DNA from: an uncultured Actinomycetes bacterium
GTDB taxonomy: Bacteria > Actinomycetota > Acidimicrobiia > IMCC26256 > JACDBD01
Assembly: GCA_963747195.1 (NCBI GenBank)
Contig: CAVVDV010000002.1
Location: 351,750 to 415,749 of the forward strand
Direction: 5' to 3'
DNA length: 64,000 nt
The translations under genes were made by a program, and so were the position numbers. Position 1 is the first letter of the stretch. Every line of letters starts with the position of its first letter. The notes under the pieces were generated by a model. The model made no database searches. It saw only the letters and a program-made list of their open reading frames with translations, and was not told the DNA's origin. This document shows positions 41,597 through 52,466 of the stretch, piece after piece.

Positions 41597-42670
41597 GTGC
41601 CGAACACAGATCGCTTTCGGATCGTCCAGTGGACGACCGGGAATGTCGGGAAGAGCTCGGTGCGGGCGATCGCTGCGAACCCGACGCTGGAGCTGGTCGG
41701 GTGCTACGCCTGGTCGACCGAGAAGGTGGGCCGCGACGTCGGTGAGCTGTGTGGCATCGATCCGCTCGGTGTCGCCGCCACGGATGACGTCGACGCGCTG
41801 CTCGCGCTGCAACCGGACTGCGTCGTGTACAACCCGATGTGGGTGGACTCCGACGAGTTGGTGCGCATCCTGTCGGCCGGCGTGAACGTCGTGGCGACGG
41901 CGTCGTTCATCACCGGGCGCAACCTCGGCCCCGACCGCGAGCGGATCGTCGAGGCGTGTCGGAGCGGCGGCGCCACCATGTTCGGATCGGGCGTCAGTCC
42001 CGGCTTCGCCGAGCTGTTGGCCATCGTGTCGACGATGGTCTGCGATCGGGTCGACAAGGTCACGGTCAACGAGGCGGCGGACACCACGTACTACGACTCG
42101 CCCGCGACCGAGCTCCCGGTGGGCTTCGGCAAGCCGATCGACCACCCCGACCTGCTCGCGATGACGGCGGACGGCACGGCGATCTTCGGCGAGGCCGTGC
42201 GGCTCGTCGCCGACGCGCTCGACGTCGAGCTCGACGACGTACGCTGCGAGGCCGAGTTCGCGCAGACCACCGCCGACCTCGACCTCGGGTCGTGGACCAT
42301 CGGGGCGGGATGCGTCGCGGGCGTCGCCGCGAGTTGGAAGGGGCTGGTCGGCGACAGGACGGTCGTCGAGCTGAACTTCCGGTGGCGCAAGGGTCAGTCG
42401 CTCGATCCCGACTGGAAGATCGACCAGGACGGCTGGGTGATCCAGATCGAGGGGCGGCCGACGGTGACGGCCACGATCGGCTTCCTCCCGCCGCCCGACT
42501 TCGAAGCCGAGACGATGGCGGACTTCATGGAGCTCGGGCACATCATGACGGCGATGCCGCCGATCCACGCGATCCCGGCCGTCGTGGCCGCGGCGCCGGG
42601 GATCGCGACGTACAACGACCTGCCGCTGACGCGGCCGCGCGGCGTCGTGCCGTTGGGGGGACGCTCCTAG
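41597..42670 (+). CDS. Dihydrodipicolinate reductase-like / diaminopentanoate dehydrogenase-like NAD(P) oxidoreductase
   Basis: QWTTGNVG, KVGRDVGEL, GSGVSPGF, AIPAVVAAAPGI. Confidence 0.8.
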   Translation: MPNTDRFRIVQWTTGNVGKSSVRAIAANPTLELVGCYAWSTEKVGRDVGELCGIDPLGVAATDDVDALLALQPDCVVYNPMWVDSDELVRILSAGVNVVATASFITGRNLGPDRERIVEACRSGGATMFGSGVSPGFAELLAIVSTMVCDRVDKVTVNEAADTTYYDSPATELPVGFGKPIDHPDLLAMTADGTAIFGEAVRLVADALDVELDDVRCEAEFAQTTADLDLGSWTIGAGCVAGVAASWKGLVGDRTVVELNFRWRKGQSLDPDWKIDQDGWVIQIEGRPTVTATIGFLPPPDFEAETMADFMELGHIMTAMPPIHAIPAVVAAAPGIATYNDLPLTRPRGVVPLGGRS

Positions 42671-42683
42671 ATCGTCCGGGAGC

Positions 42684-43928
42684 TCAGGCGGGGACCGGGA
42701 CTTCCAGCCCGAGCAGCCGGCCGAGGGTGCCGCCGAGCATCGCGGCCCGCTCGTCGGCAGGGACGCCGGCGAACTGCTTCGCGATCAGCTCCCGGCTGCC
42801 GCGGAACGTCCCTTCGGCGTGCGGGTAGTCGGAGCCCCACACGACGCTCGACACGCCGGTGAGGTGCCGGCACGCGACGGCCACGGGATCGTCCTGGAAC
42901 TGCACGTGGAACTGGCGCCGGACGTACTCGCTCGGCGTCAGCGGGTACGGCCACTTCTCGTTCAGGCGGAACAGCTGCGCCATGCTGGGCTGGTCGGTCG
43001 GGGGCCGGGCATCGTCCCAGTAGCCCAGCCACCAGTCGGCGTCCTGGCCGATGCCCGTCACCCAGCACTTGTCCATCGCACCCATCAGCGACGCCAGCCA
43101 ATGGGCGTTGAACTCGATGAGCGCGAAGTGGAGGTCGGGGTACCGCTCGGGAACGCCGCCACCGATCAGCTCGCACATGAGCTGCTGGGGGACGATCGTG
43201 CCGTAGATCGACTGCGTGATCATCCGCTTCGATGCCGACTTCTCGGTCATCGGCTGGTTGACCTGCGCGGCGGACTCCATGACGACCTTGAGCGTCGTCG
43301 ACGCGGGATCGTCGACCTTCACGCCTCCGGTCTGGGTGTGGAAGAACACGTGCACGCCGCTCGCCCGCGCTGCGGCCCAGATCGGGTCGAAGTCGCGCGA
43401 GTAGTACGGCTTCGGCGGGGTCGCCGGCAGGAGGATCGCCCGGAAACCGGCCGCGGCGACGCGCTCGATCTCGGCGACCGCGTCGTCGACATCCGTGATC
43501 GGCACGGGAGCGGTGGGCACGAGCCGCGAGAAGTACGGCGAGAACCGCTCGGCGACGTAGTCGTTGTACACGCGGGCGTGCGCCATCGAGAGCTCGTGGT
43601 CGTCGGAGTAGAGGCCGAACAGCGACAGGTTCGGGTGCATGACCTGGACGTCGATGCCGTCGAGGTCCATGTCCTCGAGGATCCGATCGGGGTCACCCTC
43701 CGGCATTCGCCCGCCCGTCTGGCGATACCGGGAGATCGTCCAGCCCTCGTATCCCGGAGTGTGCAAGCGCCGGAAGATCCGGGCGCCGCCCTCGACGAGG
43801 GGCTCGATCTCGAAGTCCTCCTCCCAGACCGCGCGATCCCGCAGGTGCGTCGGCAGGCGGGTCGTGAAGAGATCGATCGGCTCGAGGAGGTGCCCGTCGC
43901 CCGAGACGACGAAGTCCTTGTCCGTCAT
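42684..43928 (-). CDS. Amidohydrolase-2 family (LigW/ACMSD-like) protein
   Basis: SGDGHLLEP, DMDLDGID, YND, WGSDYPHAEG. Confidence 0.88.
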   Translation of the reverse strand: MTDKDFVVSGDGHLLEPIDLFTTRLPTHLRDRAVWEEDFEIEPLVEGGARIFRRLHTPGYEGWTISRYRQTGGRMPEGDPDRILEDMDLDGIDVQVMHPNLSLFGLYSDDHELSMAHARVYNDYVAERFSPYFSRLVPTAPVPITDVDDAVAEIERVAAAGFRAILLPATPPKPYYSRDFDPIWAAARASGVHVFFHTQTGGVKVDDPASTTLKVVMESAAQVNQPMTEKSASKRMITQSIYGTIVPQQLMCELIGGGVPERYPDLHFALIEFNAHWLASLMGAMDKCWVTGIGQDADWWLGYWDDARPPTDQPSMAQLFRLNEKWPYPLTPSEYVRRQFHVQFQDDPVAVACRHLTGVSSVVWGSDYPHAEGTFRGSRELIAKQFAGVPADERAAMLGGTLGRLLGLEVPVPA

Positions 43929-43965
43929 TGGTGGGCTCTCCACGCGAGGCTGCGGCGGAACAGGC

Positions 43966-43981
43966 TAGACCAACCGGTCGT
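43966..43981. promoter_or_regulatory. Operator motif A (degenerate)
   Basis: TAGACCAACCGGTCGT between divergent genes. Confidence 0.5.
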
Positions 43982-44014
43982 TACAAGATCTGCCGGCGAC
44001 CGGAAGGAGAAGCT

Positions 44015-45074
44015 GTGACGAAGCGGTGGATGCAACGCCCGCCCGGCTCGACGTGGGGCGACTGGGGCGAGGACGACGAGCTCGGCCGCATCAATCTGCT
44101 CACTCCCGAGAAGGTCCTCCAGGGCGTGCGCGAGGTCGAGGCCGGCATCAGCTTCTGCCTGAGCCTGCCGCTCGACTACCCGGGTGGCACCGCGCTGAAC
44201 CAGCGGCGCCACCCGCCGGTTCTCGCGCCGACCGAGGACATGCAGGGCAATCCCGGCACCTTCTACAACGTCCACATGAGTGAGATGGGGGACTACGGCG
44301 ATCCCCGTTACGTCGACGTGTGGGCCGACGACGTCGTGACCCTCGCGCTGCAGTACTCGACGCAATGGGACTCGCTCGCCCACGTCGGCGCCGAGTTCGA
44401 TGCCGACGGCGACGGGAACGAGGAGCCCGTCTATTACAACGGGTACCGCGCCGGGGTCGACCTGGTCGGGCCGCAGCCCGACGCGGCGGGGGACGGCGGC
44501 AAGCACCTCTCCTTCGCGCACCACCTCGGCATGGAGCACATGGCGTTCCACGGGCGTGCAGGGGCGCGGTGTCCTCGTCGACCTGGCCCACCACCTGGGT
44601 CACGACTGGCGCGGGGTCGACCGGAAGACACTCGAGGAGATCATGGCGGCGGACGGCGTCGTCGTGGAGCCGGGCGACATGCTCCTGTTGCACACCGGAT
44701 TCGCCACGAAGGTCCTCGAATGGAACCGCGACCCGGATCCCGTGCAGATCCACACGATGTGCACCTACCTCGACGCGCGGGACGAGTCATTGCTGGAGTG
44801 GATCACCGAGTCGCAGATCTCGGCGCTGGTGGCGGACAACTACGCGGTCGAAGGGCTGCTCGGCAGGGATCGCGACGAGAGCCGGCACTCGTTCCTCCCG
44901 ATCCACCACCTCTGCCTCTTCCGGCTCGGCGTCCCCCTCGGAGAGCTGTGGTATCTCCACGAGCTCGCGACCTGGCTGCGCGAGCACAACCGGAGTCGAT
45001 TCCTGCTCACTGCGCCCCCGCTGCGGCTTCCCGGCGCGGTGAGCTCCCCGGCGACGCCGGTCGCGACCGTCTGA
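44015..45074 (+). CDS. Cyclase (kynurenine formamidase-like) family protein (frameshift ~44550)
   Basis: WGEDDELGRINLLT, QYSTQWDSLAH, GRGVLVD, DNYAVE, LGELW. Confidence 0.87.
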
Positions 45075-45095
45075 GCCGGCGTGCCGTCGGCGAGC

Positions 45096-45924
45096 TCAGT
45101 CGGCGAACTCGGGCAGGACGTCGCGGGCGAACCCTTCGACCTGGGCCCGGCCGCGTTCGGGCCAGCCGCAGACGAGGTAGCCGTAGCCCGCGTCCCGCCA
45201 CTTCGCCGCGTGCTTGCGCGCGGTGTCGAGGTCGTCGAGCGACAGCGAGCCTGCCCGCATGATCGACGACGGGATCGCGTCCCGCTTCGGTCGCGAGCTC
45301 GTCGAGCCGTTCGTTCGTCCCGCGCAACGAATTGGGCGTCCCCCACGTGTGCCACACGTCGGCGTAGCGAGCGACGAGGGGGAGCGTCCGCCGCGGACCG
45401 CTGCCGCCGATCCAGATCGGCGGGTGCGGCTGCTGCACCGGCAACGGACGGAGCTGCGCGTCCCGCAGCGACACGACCCGCCCGTCGTACGACACGACGT
45501 CGCCGGTGAACAGCCGGTTCACGATCTCGAGCGCGTCCTCGAGCAAGTCGAAGCGCGCCGGCGTCGGCGGGAACGGGATACCGAGCTCGATGTGCTCCTT
45601 GTCGTACCACGCCGCGCCGAGCGAGAGCTCGAGCCGGCCGTGCGAGGCGTGGTCGATGGTGAGGGCCTGGGCGGCGAACACCGAAGGGTGCCGGTATGTC
45701 ACCCCGGCCACGAGCAGCCCGAGCCGGATGCGCGACGTCACGCCCGTGAGCGCGGCGAGCGTCGTCATGCCGTCGAACGTCTCGCCCGGTCCTTCGCCGT
45801 ACATGGGCTGGAAGTGGTCGAAGCCCCAGGCGCCGTCGAAGCCGAGCTCCTCGGCGAACTGGACGCGGCTGACCAGCTCGTCCCACGGCATCCGCTGCTG
45901 CGCTACATCGAGGCCGAATCGCAT
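45096..45924 (-). CDS. LLM-class flavin/F420-dependent oxidoreductase (frameshift ~45275)
   Basis: AEELGFDGAWGFDHF, DHASHGRLELSLGAAW, PIWIGGSG. Confidence 0.87.
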
Positions 45925-45933
45925 CGTCGCAAT

Positions 45934-46449
45934 CTACGCGACCGGGTCGCGGGCCTTCCTCATGAGCTCGCGGACCTCGGCGATCGCCGCGCTGACCTGG
46001 TCGGGCCGGCCGGCGACCTCGTCGGCCAGGTCGGCGACACCGCAGTGACGGAGCATGTCGGGGAGGTGGTGCTCGACGCAGGCGAGCGAGAACTCGACGG
46101 GATCGCCGACGGCCAGCTCGTCGATGCGGACCACGGTGTTCGCGGCTTTCGCCTGCTCGATGTAGTGGTAGTGCGGCTCGTTCTCGAAGCAGTCGAAGCG
46201 CAGGTGCTCGAGACCGTCGGCCGTACCGCAGACGTGGAGCGTGGCGCCGAAGTCGTCGAAGGCCATCTCCGGTTCGACGCCATCGTTGACGGCAGCGGCG
46301 ATGATCTCGTTCGTCAACCTCCGGGACTCCACGACGAGCTGGACGGCCCCTCCGTCGACGGCGATGCAGTGCTCCGTGACCATCGGGATCGGCAGCCGGT
46401 CATAGCGGTTCCCCCGTCGGTACGGGGACTCCTGACGATCGATCGCCAT
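45934..46449 (-). CDS. Hypothetical protein, downstream of the BVMO in the same operon
   Basis: 171 aa, coding-like, motif HLRFDCFENEPHYHY. Confidence 0.7.
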   Translation of the reverse strand: MAIDRQESPYRRGNRYDRLPIPMVTEHCIAVDGGAVQLVVESRRLTNEIIAAAVNDGVEPEMAFDDFGATLHVCGTADGLEHLRFDCFENEPHYHYIEQAKAANTVVRIDELAVGDPVEFSLACVEHHLPDMLRHCGVADLADEVAGRPDQVSAAIAEVRELMRKARDPVA

Positions 46450-46452
46450 CCC

Positions 46453-48124
46453 TCAGCTCCTCTGCGCCGTGGTGCGCGTGGCGCGGGACGAATTCGACAG
46501 CCTGAACGCCTTGTAGTCGTTCTCGCGAAGGTCGGCGATCATCGCGTGGAGCTTCGGCCGGCCGCCCGAGTTCAGGAGGTACCGGCGAGGCTTTCCGGGG
46601 ATGTTGGCTCCGAAGAAGTAGCTCTTCTCCCCACCGAAGAGGGTCTTCGACGCGCCGGCGTCGACCATGTTCGTCCACGCCTCTTCGGCGGCGGGATCCA
46701 CTTCGATCGTGTCGTAGCCGTGATCGCGCACGTACTCGAGTGTGTCCGTGATGAAGTCGACCTGGTCGCCGTTGTACCGGGGGTTGTTGCCGGCCGCGGC
46801 GTGCGGCCCTCCGGGGAAGAAGAAGTTCGGGAAGCCGGTGGTCTGGACGCCGAGGAACGTGCTCGGACCATCGGCCCAGTCGTCCACGAGCGCGCGATCG
46901 TGGCGGCCGCGAATCCCCATGCGCATGAGCGCGCCGGTGCCGAAGTCGAAGCCGGTCGCCCACACCACGATGTCGACCTCCCGCACGACCGTCGGCCGTC
47001 TCGATCCCGCTCTCGGTCATGCGCACGATCGGCGTCTGCTTGAGGTCGACGAGCGAGACGTTCGGCTCGTTGAACACCTCGTAGTAGCCGGTCACGTACG
47101 GAGGCCGGTTCTCGCCGAAGAGCTGGTCCTTCGGGATCAGCTTCTCCGCCGTCTCGGGGTCCTCGACGACGCTCCGGATCTTCTCGGCGATGAACTCGCA
47201 CCACTCTGCGTTCGCGGCCTCGTCGAACAACAGGTCGGTGTAGTTGCCGGTGAGCTTCGTGAAGCCGGGGCTGTTCCACAGCTTCTCGAAGAACGCCCAC
47301 CGCTCCTCTTTCGAGTCGTCGAAGGTGGCGCGGTCGTGCGCGGCGTGGAGGAACCCGCTCGGCGATGTGTTCAGCGTCTCGCACATCGCTTCGAATTCAG
47401 CCCTGAGCTTCGCCTGCTCGTCCGGCGTGATCGGAGCGTTGTTGAGCGGCGTGCACCAGTTGGCGGTGCGTTGGTACACCGTCAGGGAGGCAACCTCGCC
47501 GGCGATGGCCGGGATCAGCTGGACGCCACTCGATCCGGTACCGATGACTGCGACGCGCTTGTCCGCGAAATCGACCGGCGTCGCCGGCCACAACCCCGTG
47601 TGGTACGACTCACCCCGAAAGTCGTCGCGCCCCGGCACGTCCGGGAAGTACGGCACCGAGAGGACGCCGGTCGCGGCGATGAAGAATTGCGCCCGGAACG
47701 CGGTGCCGTCGCCGACCACGACGGTCCACTTCCCCGACGACTCGTCGTACGCGGCCGAGGTGACCTTGGCGCCGAATCGCATGTGGCGCCGAAGGTCGAA
47801 CCGGTCGACCACGTGGTTGAGGTAGCGCTCGGTCTCCGGTTGCTGCGCGAAGTGCTCTTGCCACTCCCACTCTTCGAACAGCTCTTTCGAGAACAGGTAG
47901 CCGTAGGTGTAGCTCTCCGAGTCGAACCGTGCCTGGGGGTAGCGGTTCCAGTACCAGGTACCGCCCACGCCACCACCCGCCTCGAGCAGCAGCGCGGAGA
48001 AGCCGGCCTCACGTGCGCGGTACAGCTGGTAGATGCCCGTGATGCCGGCGCCGACGACCAGGACGTCGACCTCGGCCGCGTTGCGACGCGCGCGCTCGTC
48101 GGGTGCGGGTCCGGAGGGGTTCAT
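46453..48124 (-). CDS. Baeyer-Villiger monooxygenase (frameshift ~46990)
   Basis: VGAGITG, GGTWYWNRYP, FRGESYHTGLWP fingerprint, GTGSSG, WATGFD. Confidence 0.92.
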
Positions 48125-48155
48125 TGTACCGACCGGTTAGTATACGGTCGGTCCC
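48125..48155. promoter_or_regulatory. Operator motif A plus an adjacent second site
   Basis: TGTACCGACCGGTTAG followed by TATACGGTCGGTCCC. Confidence 0.65.
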
Positions 48156-48189
48156 GACAGCGCACTCCGGAGCGGGAAAGGGGCGCTGC

Positions 48190-49554
48190 GTGGCGATCGC
48201 GGATCGGAAGAGGTCGGCGCTTCCGGTGCCTCACGCGATGGAGTACCCGGACCGGGTCCCCAAGGAGCGCTACGTCGACCCGGACTTCTACCAGATGGAA
48301 GTCGAGCTGCTGTGGCCGCGCGTCTGGCAGATGGCGTGCCGGCTCGAGGAGATCCCCGCGCCGCACGACTTCGTCGAGTACGAGTTCCTCGATCAGTCGA
48401 TCATCGTGCTGCGCACCGACGACATGGGGGTGCGCGCGTTCCAGAACGCCTGCCGCCACCGTGGCGTCAAGGTCGTCCAGGGAAGCGGGACGTGCGAGAA
48501 CGGGTTCACCTGCCCGTTCCATGGCTGGTGCTACGGCCTCGACGGCATGAACGCAGCCGTCCCGCGGCGAAAGACGTTCTCCGAGCACAACCTCCAGCCG
48601 GACGACATCAACCTCGTCCCGGTGCGGTCCGAGGTGTGGGGCGGGTGCGCGTGGATCAACCTCGACGACGACGCGCCGCCGTTGCGGCCGTGCATCGAGC
48701 CCGCCGCGAGCACGCTCGACGCGTGGAAGGTGGAGTCGCTGCGGACCGAGCGGTGGTTCGCGTGCCGTCTTCCCGTGAACTGGAAGCTCGCCGAAGAGGC
48801 GTTCGTCGAGATGTACCACGTTCCGCAAACACATCCCGAGCTCATCATCCCCACGAGGTACGGGTTGCGCGACGGTGCGTCGTTCGATCCTCGTGCCTTC
48901 ATCGACGCGGACATCCAGTACCTGCGCACGATGAGCGACGGCATGGCCGGGATGGTCCACGCGAACGACGTGCGCATCGCCGAGGGTCTGCGGGACATCG
49001 AGCTGCCCGACGACCCGGCGCTGGCGATGGCGACCTGGAACCGCACGCTCAACGACGCGGTCACGAGCTGGCACCGGGACCGGGGCTCCGACGTCCCCGA
49101 CCTCAACGAGCTCGACGCGCAAGGGCTCAACCAGGAGTTCTACCAGTGCTTCCCGCACTACTTCGTGTTGCCGATGTACAGCAGCGCCTCCTCCTACCGC
49201 TTCCGCCCGTTGGGGCCGGAGGAGACGCTGATGGAGATCTGGTCGCTCACGCGGTTCCCGGAGGGCCAGGAGCCGGTGAAGCCGACGCCGCCCGAGGTGT
49301 GGGAGTGCGACGATCCGCGGTGGCCGCCGATCCCCACGCAGGACTTCTCGAACCTGCCCCGGCAGCAGAAGGGCCTGCACGCGAAGGGCTTCGAGTACAT
49401 GCGCCTGTCCAGCGGACTCGAGGGACACATCTCGAACTTCGAACGGACGATCGACGGCTTCCTCGCCGGCCTTCCCTACGAGCAGCTGCTCCCGGCGGTG
49501 CAGTCGCTCAACGTGTACCCGTTCGACAAGCCCATTCTCGACATCGGCTTCTGA
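48190..49554 (+). CDS. Rieske non-heme iron oxygenase alpha subunit
   Basis: NACRHRG, CPFHGW, NWKLAEEAFVEMYHVPQTH. Confidence 0.92.
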   Translation: MAIADRKRSALPVPHAMEYPDRVPKERYVDPDFYQMEVELLWPRVWQMACRLEEIPAPHDFVEYEFLDQSIIVLRTDDMGVRAFQNACRHRGVKVVQGSGTCENGFTCPFHGWCYGLDGMNAAVPRRKTFSEHNLQPDDINLVPVRSEVWGGCAWINLDDDAPPLRPCIEPAASTLDAWKVESLRTERWFACRLPVNWKLAEEAFVEMYHVPQTHPELIIPTRYGLRDGASFDPRAFIDADIQYLRTMSDGMAGMVHANDVRIAEGLRDIELPDDPALAMATWNRTLNDAVTSWHRDRGSDVPDLNELDAQGLNQEFYQCFPHYFVLPMYSSASSYRFRPLGPEETLMEIWSLTRFPEGQEPVKPTPPEVWECDDPRWPPIPTQDFSNLPRQQKGLHAKGFEYMRLSSGLEGHISNFERTIDGFLAGLPYEQLLPAVQSLNVYPFDKPILDIGF

Positions 49555-49957
49555 TGAGCACGACGACGACGTACGCAGAGGTCGTCGAGGGCGTCCGCGC
49601 CGACCCTCGCCGCGTACGCCCAGGCCCTGGACGACGGCCGGACCGACGACGTCGTCGCCACGTTCTGCCCCGACGGCGTCTGCGACATCCCGGGCATGGG
49701 CACGCACGAAGGCCACAACGCCCTCCGCGAGGCCTACTCCAAGTGGAAGCCGGTGCGGCCCCAGCGCCACCTCGTCGTCAACACCTTGGTCACCGACTGG
49801 AACGACGACGAGGCCAACGCGATCAGCGACGTGATCTTCGTCTTGCAGGGCGACTCGGGCTGGGCGATCCAGCTCGTGGGCCGATACCAGGACACCCTCC
49901 ACCGACGACGACGGCGCGTGGCGGTTCCACCATCGGGCGGCCGAGTTCGTGACCTAG
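49554..49957 (+). CDS. SnoaL/NTF2-like protein (frameshifts)
   Basis: YAQALDDG, FCPDG, RHLVVN, GRYQD, WRF. Confidence 0.75.
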
Positions 49958-50051
49958 CGCTCAGGCCAAGGCGTCCCCGGCTTGGCGGCGGCGTCCGCGG
50001 GTGATAATGTAATTCTCGTTTACCGAGTGCGCCACTTCCGCGGGGGAGAGG

Positions 50052-50481
50052 ATGGCCGACGAGAGCCGACACGTCGCCGACCTCGTGCTGCTGCACCAGC
50101 TCTGCGCCCGGTACATGGCGTACACGAGCCAGTTCGTCGAAGACCGGTGGCTCGACGTGTTCACGCCCGACGCCGTCTACACCGCCTTCGGCACGCCGTA
50201 CACCCTCGAGCGGTTCCCGGCCCTGCTCGCCGCCGCGCCCCGCGGCCAGTTCATCGGCAACATGCCGGTGATCGACGTCGACGGCGACGCCGCCACGGGC
50301 GATGCAGCACTTCGTGTTCATCGATCAGCAGACGCACGCAATGCGCCTGGGTTGGTACCGCGACGAGTACGTGCGCACGGCCGATGGATGGCGTATCCGG
50401 CGCCGCTCGACCACGTTCATGCGCAAGCACGGCGGTTTCGACTCCGGCGAGCAACACGATCCGCTCGCAGACTCGGACTGA
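50052..50481 (+). CDS. SnoaL/NTF2-like protein (frameshift ~50300)
   Basis: VFTPDAVY, VDGDAATG, YRDEYVRTADGWRIRRR. Confidence 0.78.
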
Positions 50482-50491
50482 AAGGCGAAGC

Positions 50492-51719
50492 GTGTCGCAG
50501 TTCCCCGGCATGATCAGCGTCGACGACCACGTCGTCGAACCCCCGAACCTCTGGCAGGAGCGGCTTCCCGCACGGATGCGCGAACGCGGGCCCCGCGTCG
50601 ACCGGGCGCGATGGGGCGACTTCGCGCTCACCGGCGGTGCTTCGTACAAGCAGGAGATGACGGAGGACGGCACGTGGGGCGACTACTGGCTCTACGAGGA
50701 CCGCCTGATCTACGTCCACAAGCGGCACGTCGCCCTCCCGCTCGACGCCACGCCCGACGGCGACGTCCGTCGCTTCGACCGCACGAAGCTTGCGATCGCC
50801 GCGCTCACCTACGACGAGATGCGTCCCGGATGCTACGACCCGAAGGCGCGCGTCGAGGACCTCGCGCTCACCGGCGTCGACGGGTCACTCGCGTTCCCGA
50901 CGTTCCCGCGCTTCTGCGGCCAGACGTTCATGGAAGGCGAGGACCTCGACCTCGGCCTCGAGTGCGTGCGCGCCTACAACGACTGGATGATCGAGGATTG
51001 GTGCGGCGGCTCTGACGGCCACCTCATTCCCCTGTGCATCATCCCGATGTGGGACGTCGAGCTCGCGGCGGCCGAGGTGAAACGCAATGCCGATCGCGGT
51101 GCGCGTGCCGTGTGCTTCAGCGAGATCCCGCCGCACCTCGGCCTGCCCAGCATCCACACCGGGTACTGGGATCCACTGTTCGCGGTGTGCCGAGGAGACG
51201 CGCACGACGCTCTGCATGCACATCGGCTCTTCGTCGAAGATGCCGGCGGCGTCCCCGGACGCCCCGCCGTCGACCGACATCATGCTGTCGTTCAACAACT
51301 CGATGGCGTCGCTGGCCGACTTCATGTTCTCGGGAGTGCTCGTCCGGTTCCCGGAGCTCAAGCTGGCGTACTCGGAGGGGCAGATCGGTTGGATCCCGTA
51401 CGCGTTGGAGCGCGCCGACAACGTCTGGGAGCTCCACTCGAACTGGACGGGCGCGAAGGACATGATCCCCGAGCGTCCGTCGTCCTATTACCAGGGCCGG
51501 ATCTTCGGGTGCTTCACGAACGACGTCCACGGGATGGCGTCCATCGCCGAGGTCGGCGAGGACAACATCTGCTTCGAGACGGACTACCCGCACACCGACA
51601 CGACATGGCCGTTCGCGCGTGAGGAGGCGGAGCGCATGACCGCCGCGCTCACGGACGAGCAGCGATACAAGGTCCTGCGGGGGAACGCCATCCGCATGCT
51701 GGATCTCGACCGCGTCTGA
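50492..51719 (+). CDS. Amidohydrolase-2 family protein (frameshift ~51190)
   Basis: ISVDDHVVEPP, FPTFPRFCGQ, AYNDW, ETDYPHTD. Confidence 0.88.
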
Positions 51720-51729
51720 CGCGGCGGCG

Positions 51730-52398
51730 TCAGCCCTGAAGGCCTCGGAGGCAGAACTCCCAGGTGTCCTCGGCGGTGACGCGCATGCGTGGGTTCTGCA
51801 CGATGCGGTTGCCGAACCAGCTGTACATCACCGTCTGCTGGATGAGCGACGCGCTGCGGCGGGTGTCGGACGACTTGATCGCCCCGCGGCGACGGCTGCC
51901 TCGAGCAGGTCGAGCAGCATCGCCGAGACCGGGGCCATCGCCGCGGTCACCTGGTCGGGATGCGTGACGGCCAGCTGGACCGAGAACTCCGAGATCGGAC
52001 GGCGGTTGTGTGAACCGCGCTTGCGTGGAGCATCGGTCGGGTCGCACCACTCGTGCAGGCGGATGGTGAAGGCACGCAACCGTGCGAGTGGTTCCGATTC
52101 GGCGTCGATCACGCTTTGCAGGTCGTCGACCGACTCGCGCAACGGTCTCCTCGAACAGCGCGAGGAGCAGCTCGTCCTTGCCGTCGAAGTACTGGTAGAA
52201 GCCGCGCAGCGACTGCTTCGAGCGGTCGATGACCTCTTGGATCGTGAAGTCGGTGGTGCCCTTCTCGTCGATCAGCGCGAAGGCCGCATCCAGGTATCGC
52301 TGGACGCGCTGCTCGGCACGTGAACGCGCGGCGTTCAGGCTGCGCGAGACGGCCCGCTGCCGCCAGGCCGGCTGCGGTTGCTGCGGTGTCGTCGTCAA
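51730..52398 (-). CDS. TetR/AcrR family regulator (frameshifts)
   Basis: DFTIQEVIDRSKQSLRGFYQYFDGKDELLLAL. Confidence 0.88.
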   Translation of the reverse strand: MTTTPQQPQPAWRQRAVSRSLNAARSRAEQRVQRYLDAAFALIDEKGTTDFTIQEVIDRSKQSLRGFYQYFDGKDELLLALFEETVARVGRRPAKRDRRRIGTTRTVACLHHPPARVVRPDRCSTQARFTQPPSDLGVLGPAGRHASRPGDRGDGPGLGDAARPARGSRRRGAIKSSDTRRSASLIQQTVMYSWFGNRIVQNPRMRVTAEDTWEFCLRGLQG

Positions 52399-52466
52399 CG
52401 GTGGCCAAATCAGAATCCTGTTTCACTCGAACGAGGGTACCAGCGCGCCGAACACGAGAACGGACT

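Noticed and set aside
44330..44390. Cyclase motif QYSTQWD instead of HxGTHxD
   Set aside because: Probably a subfamily variant; not distinctive enough without an alignment.
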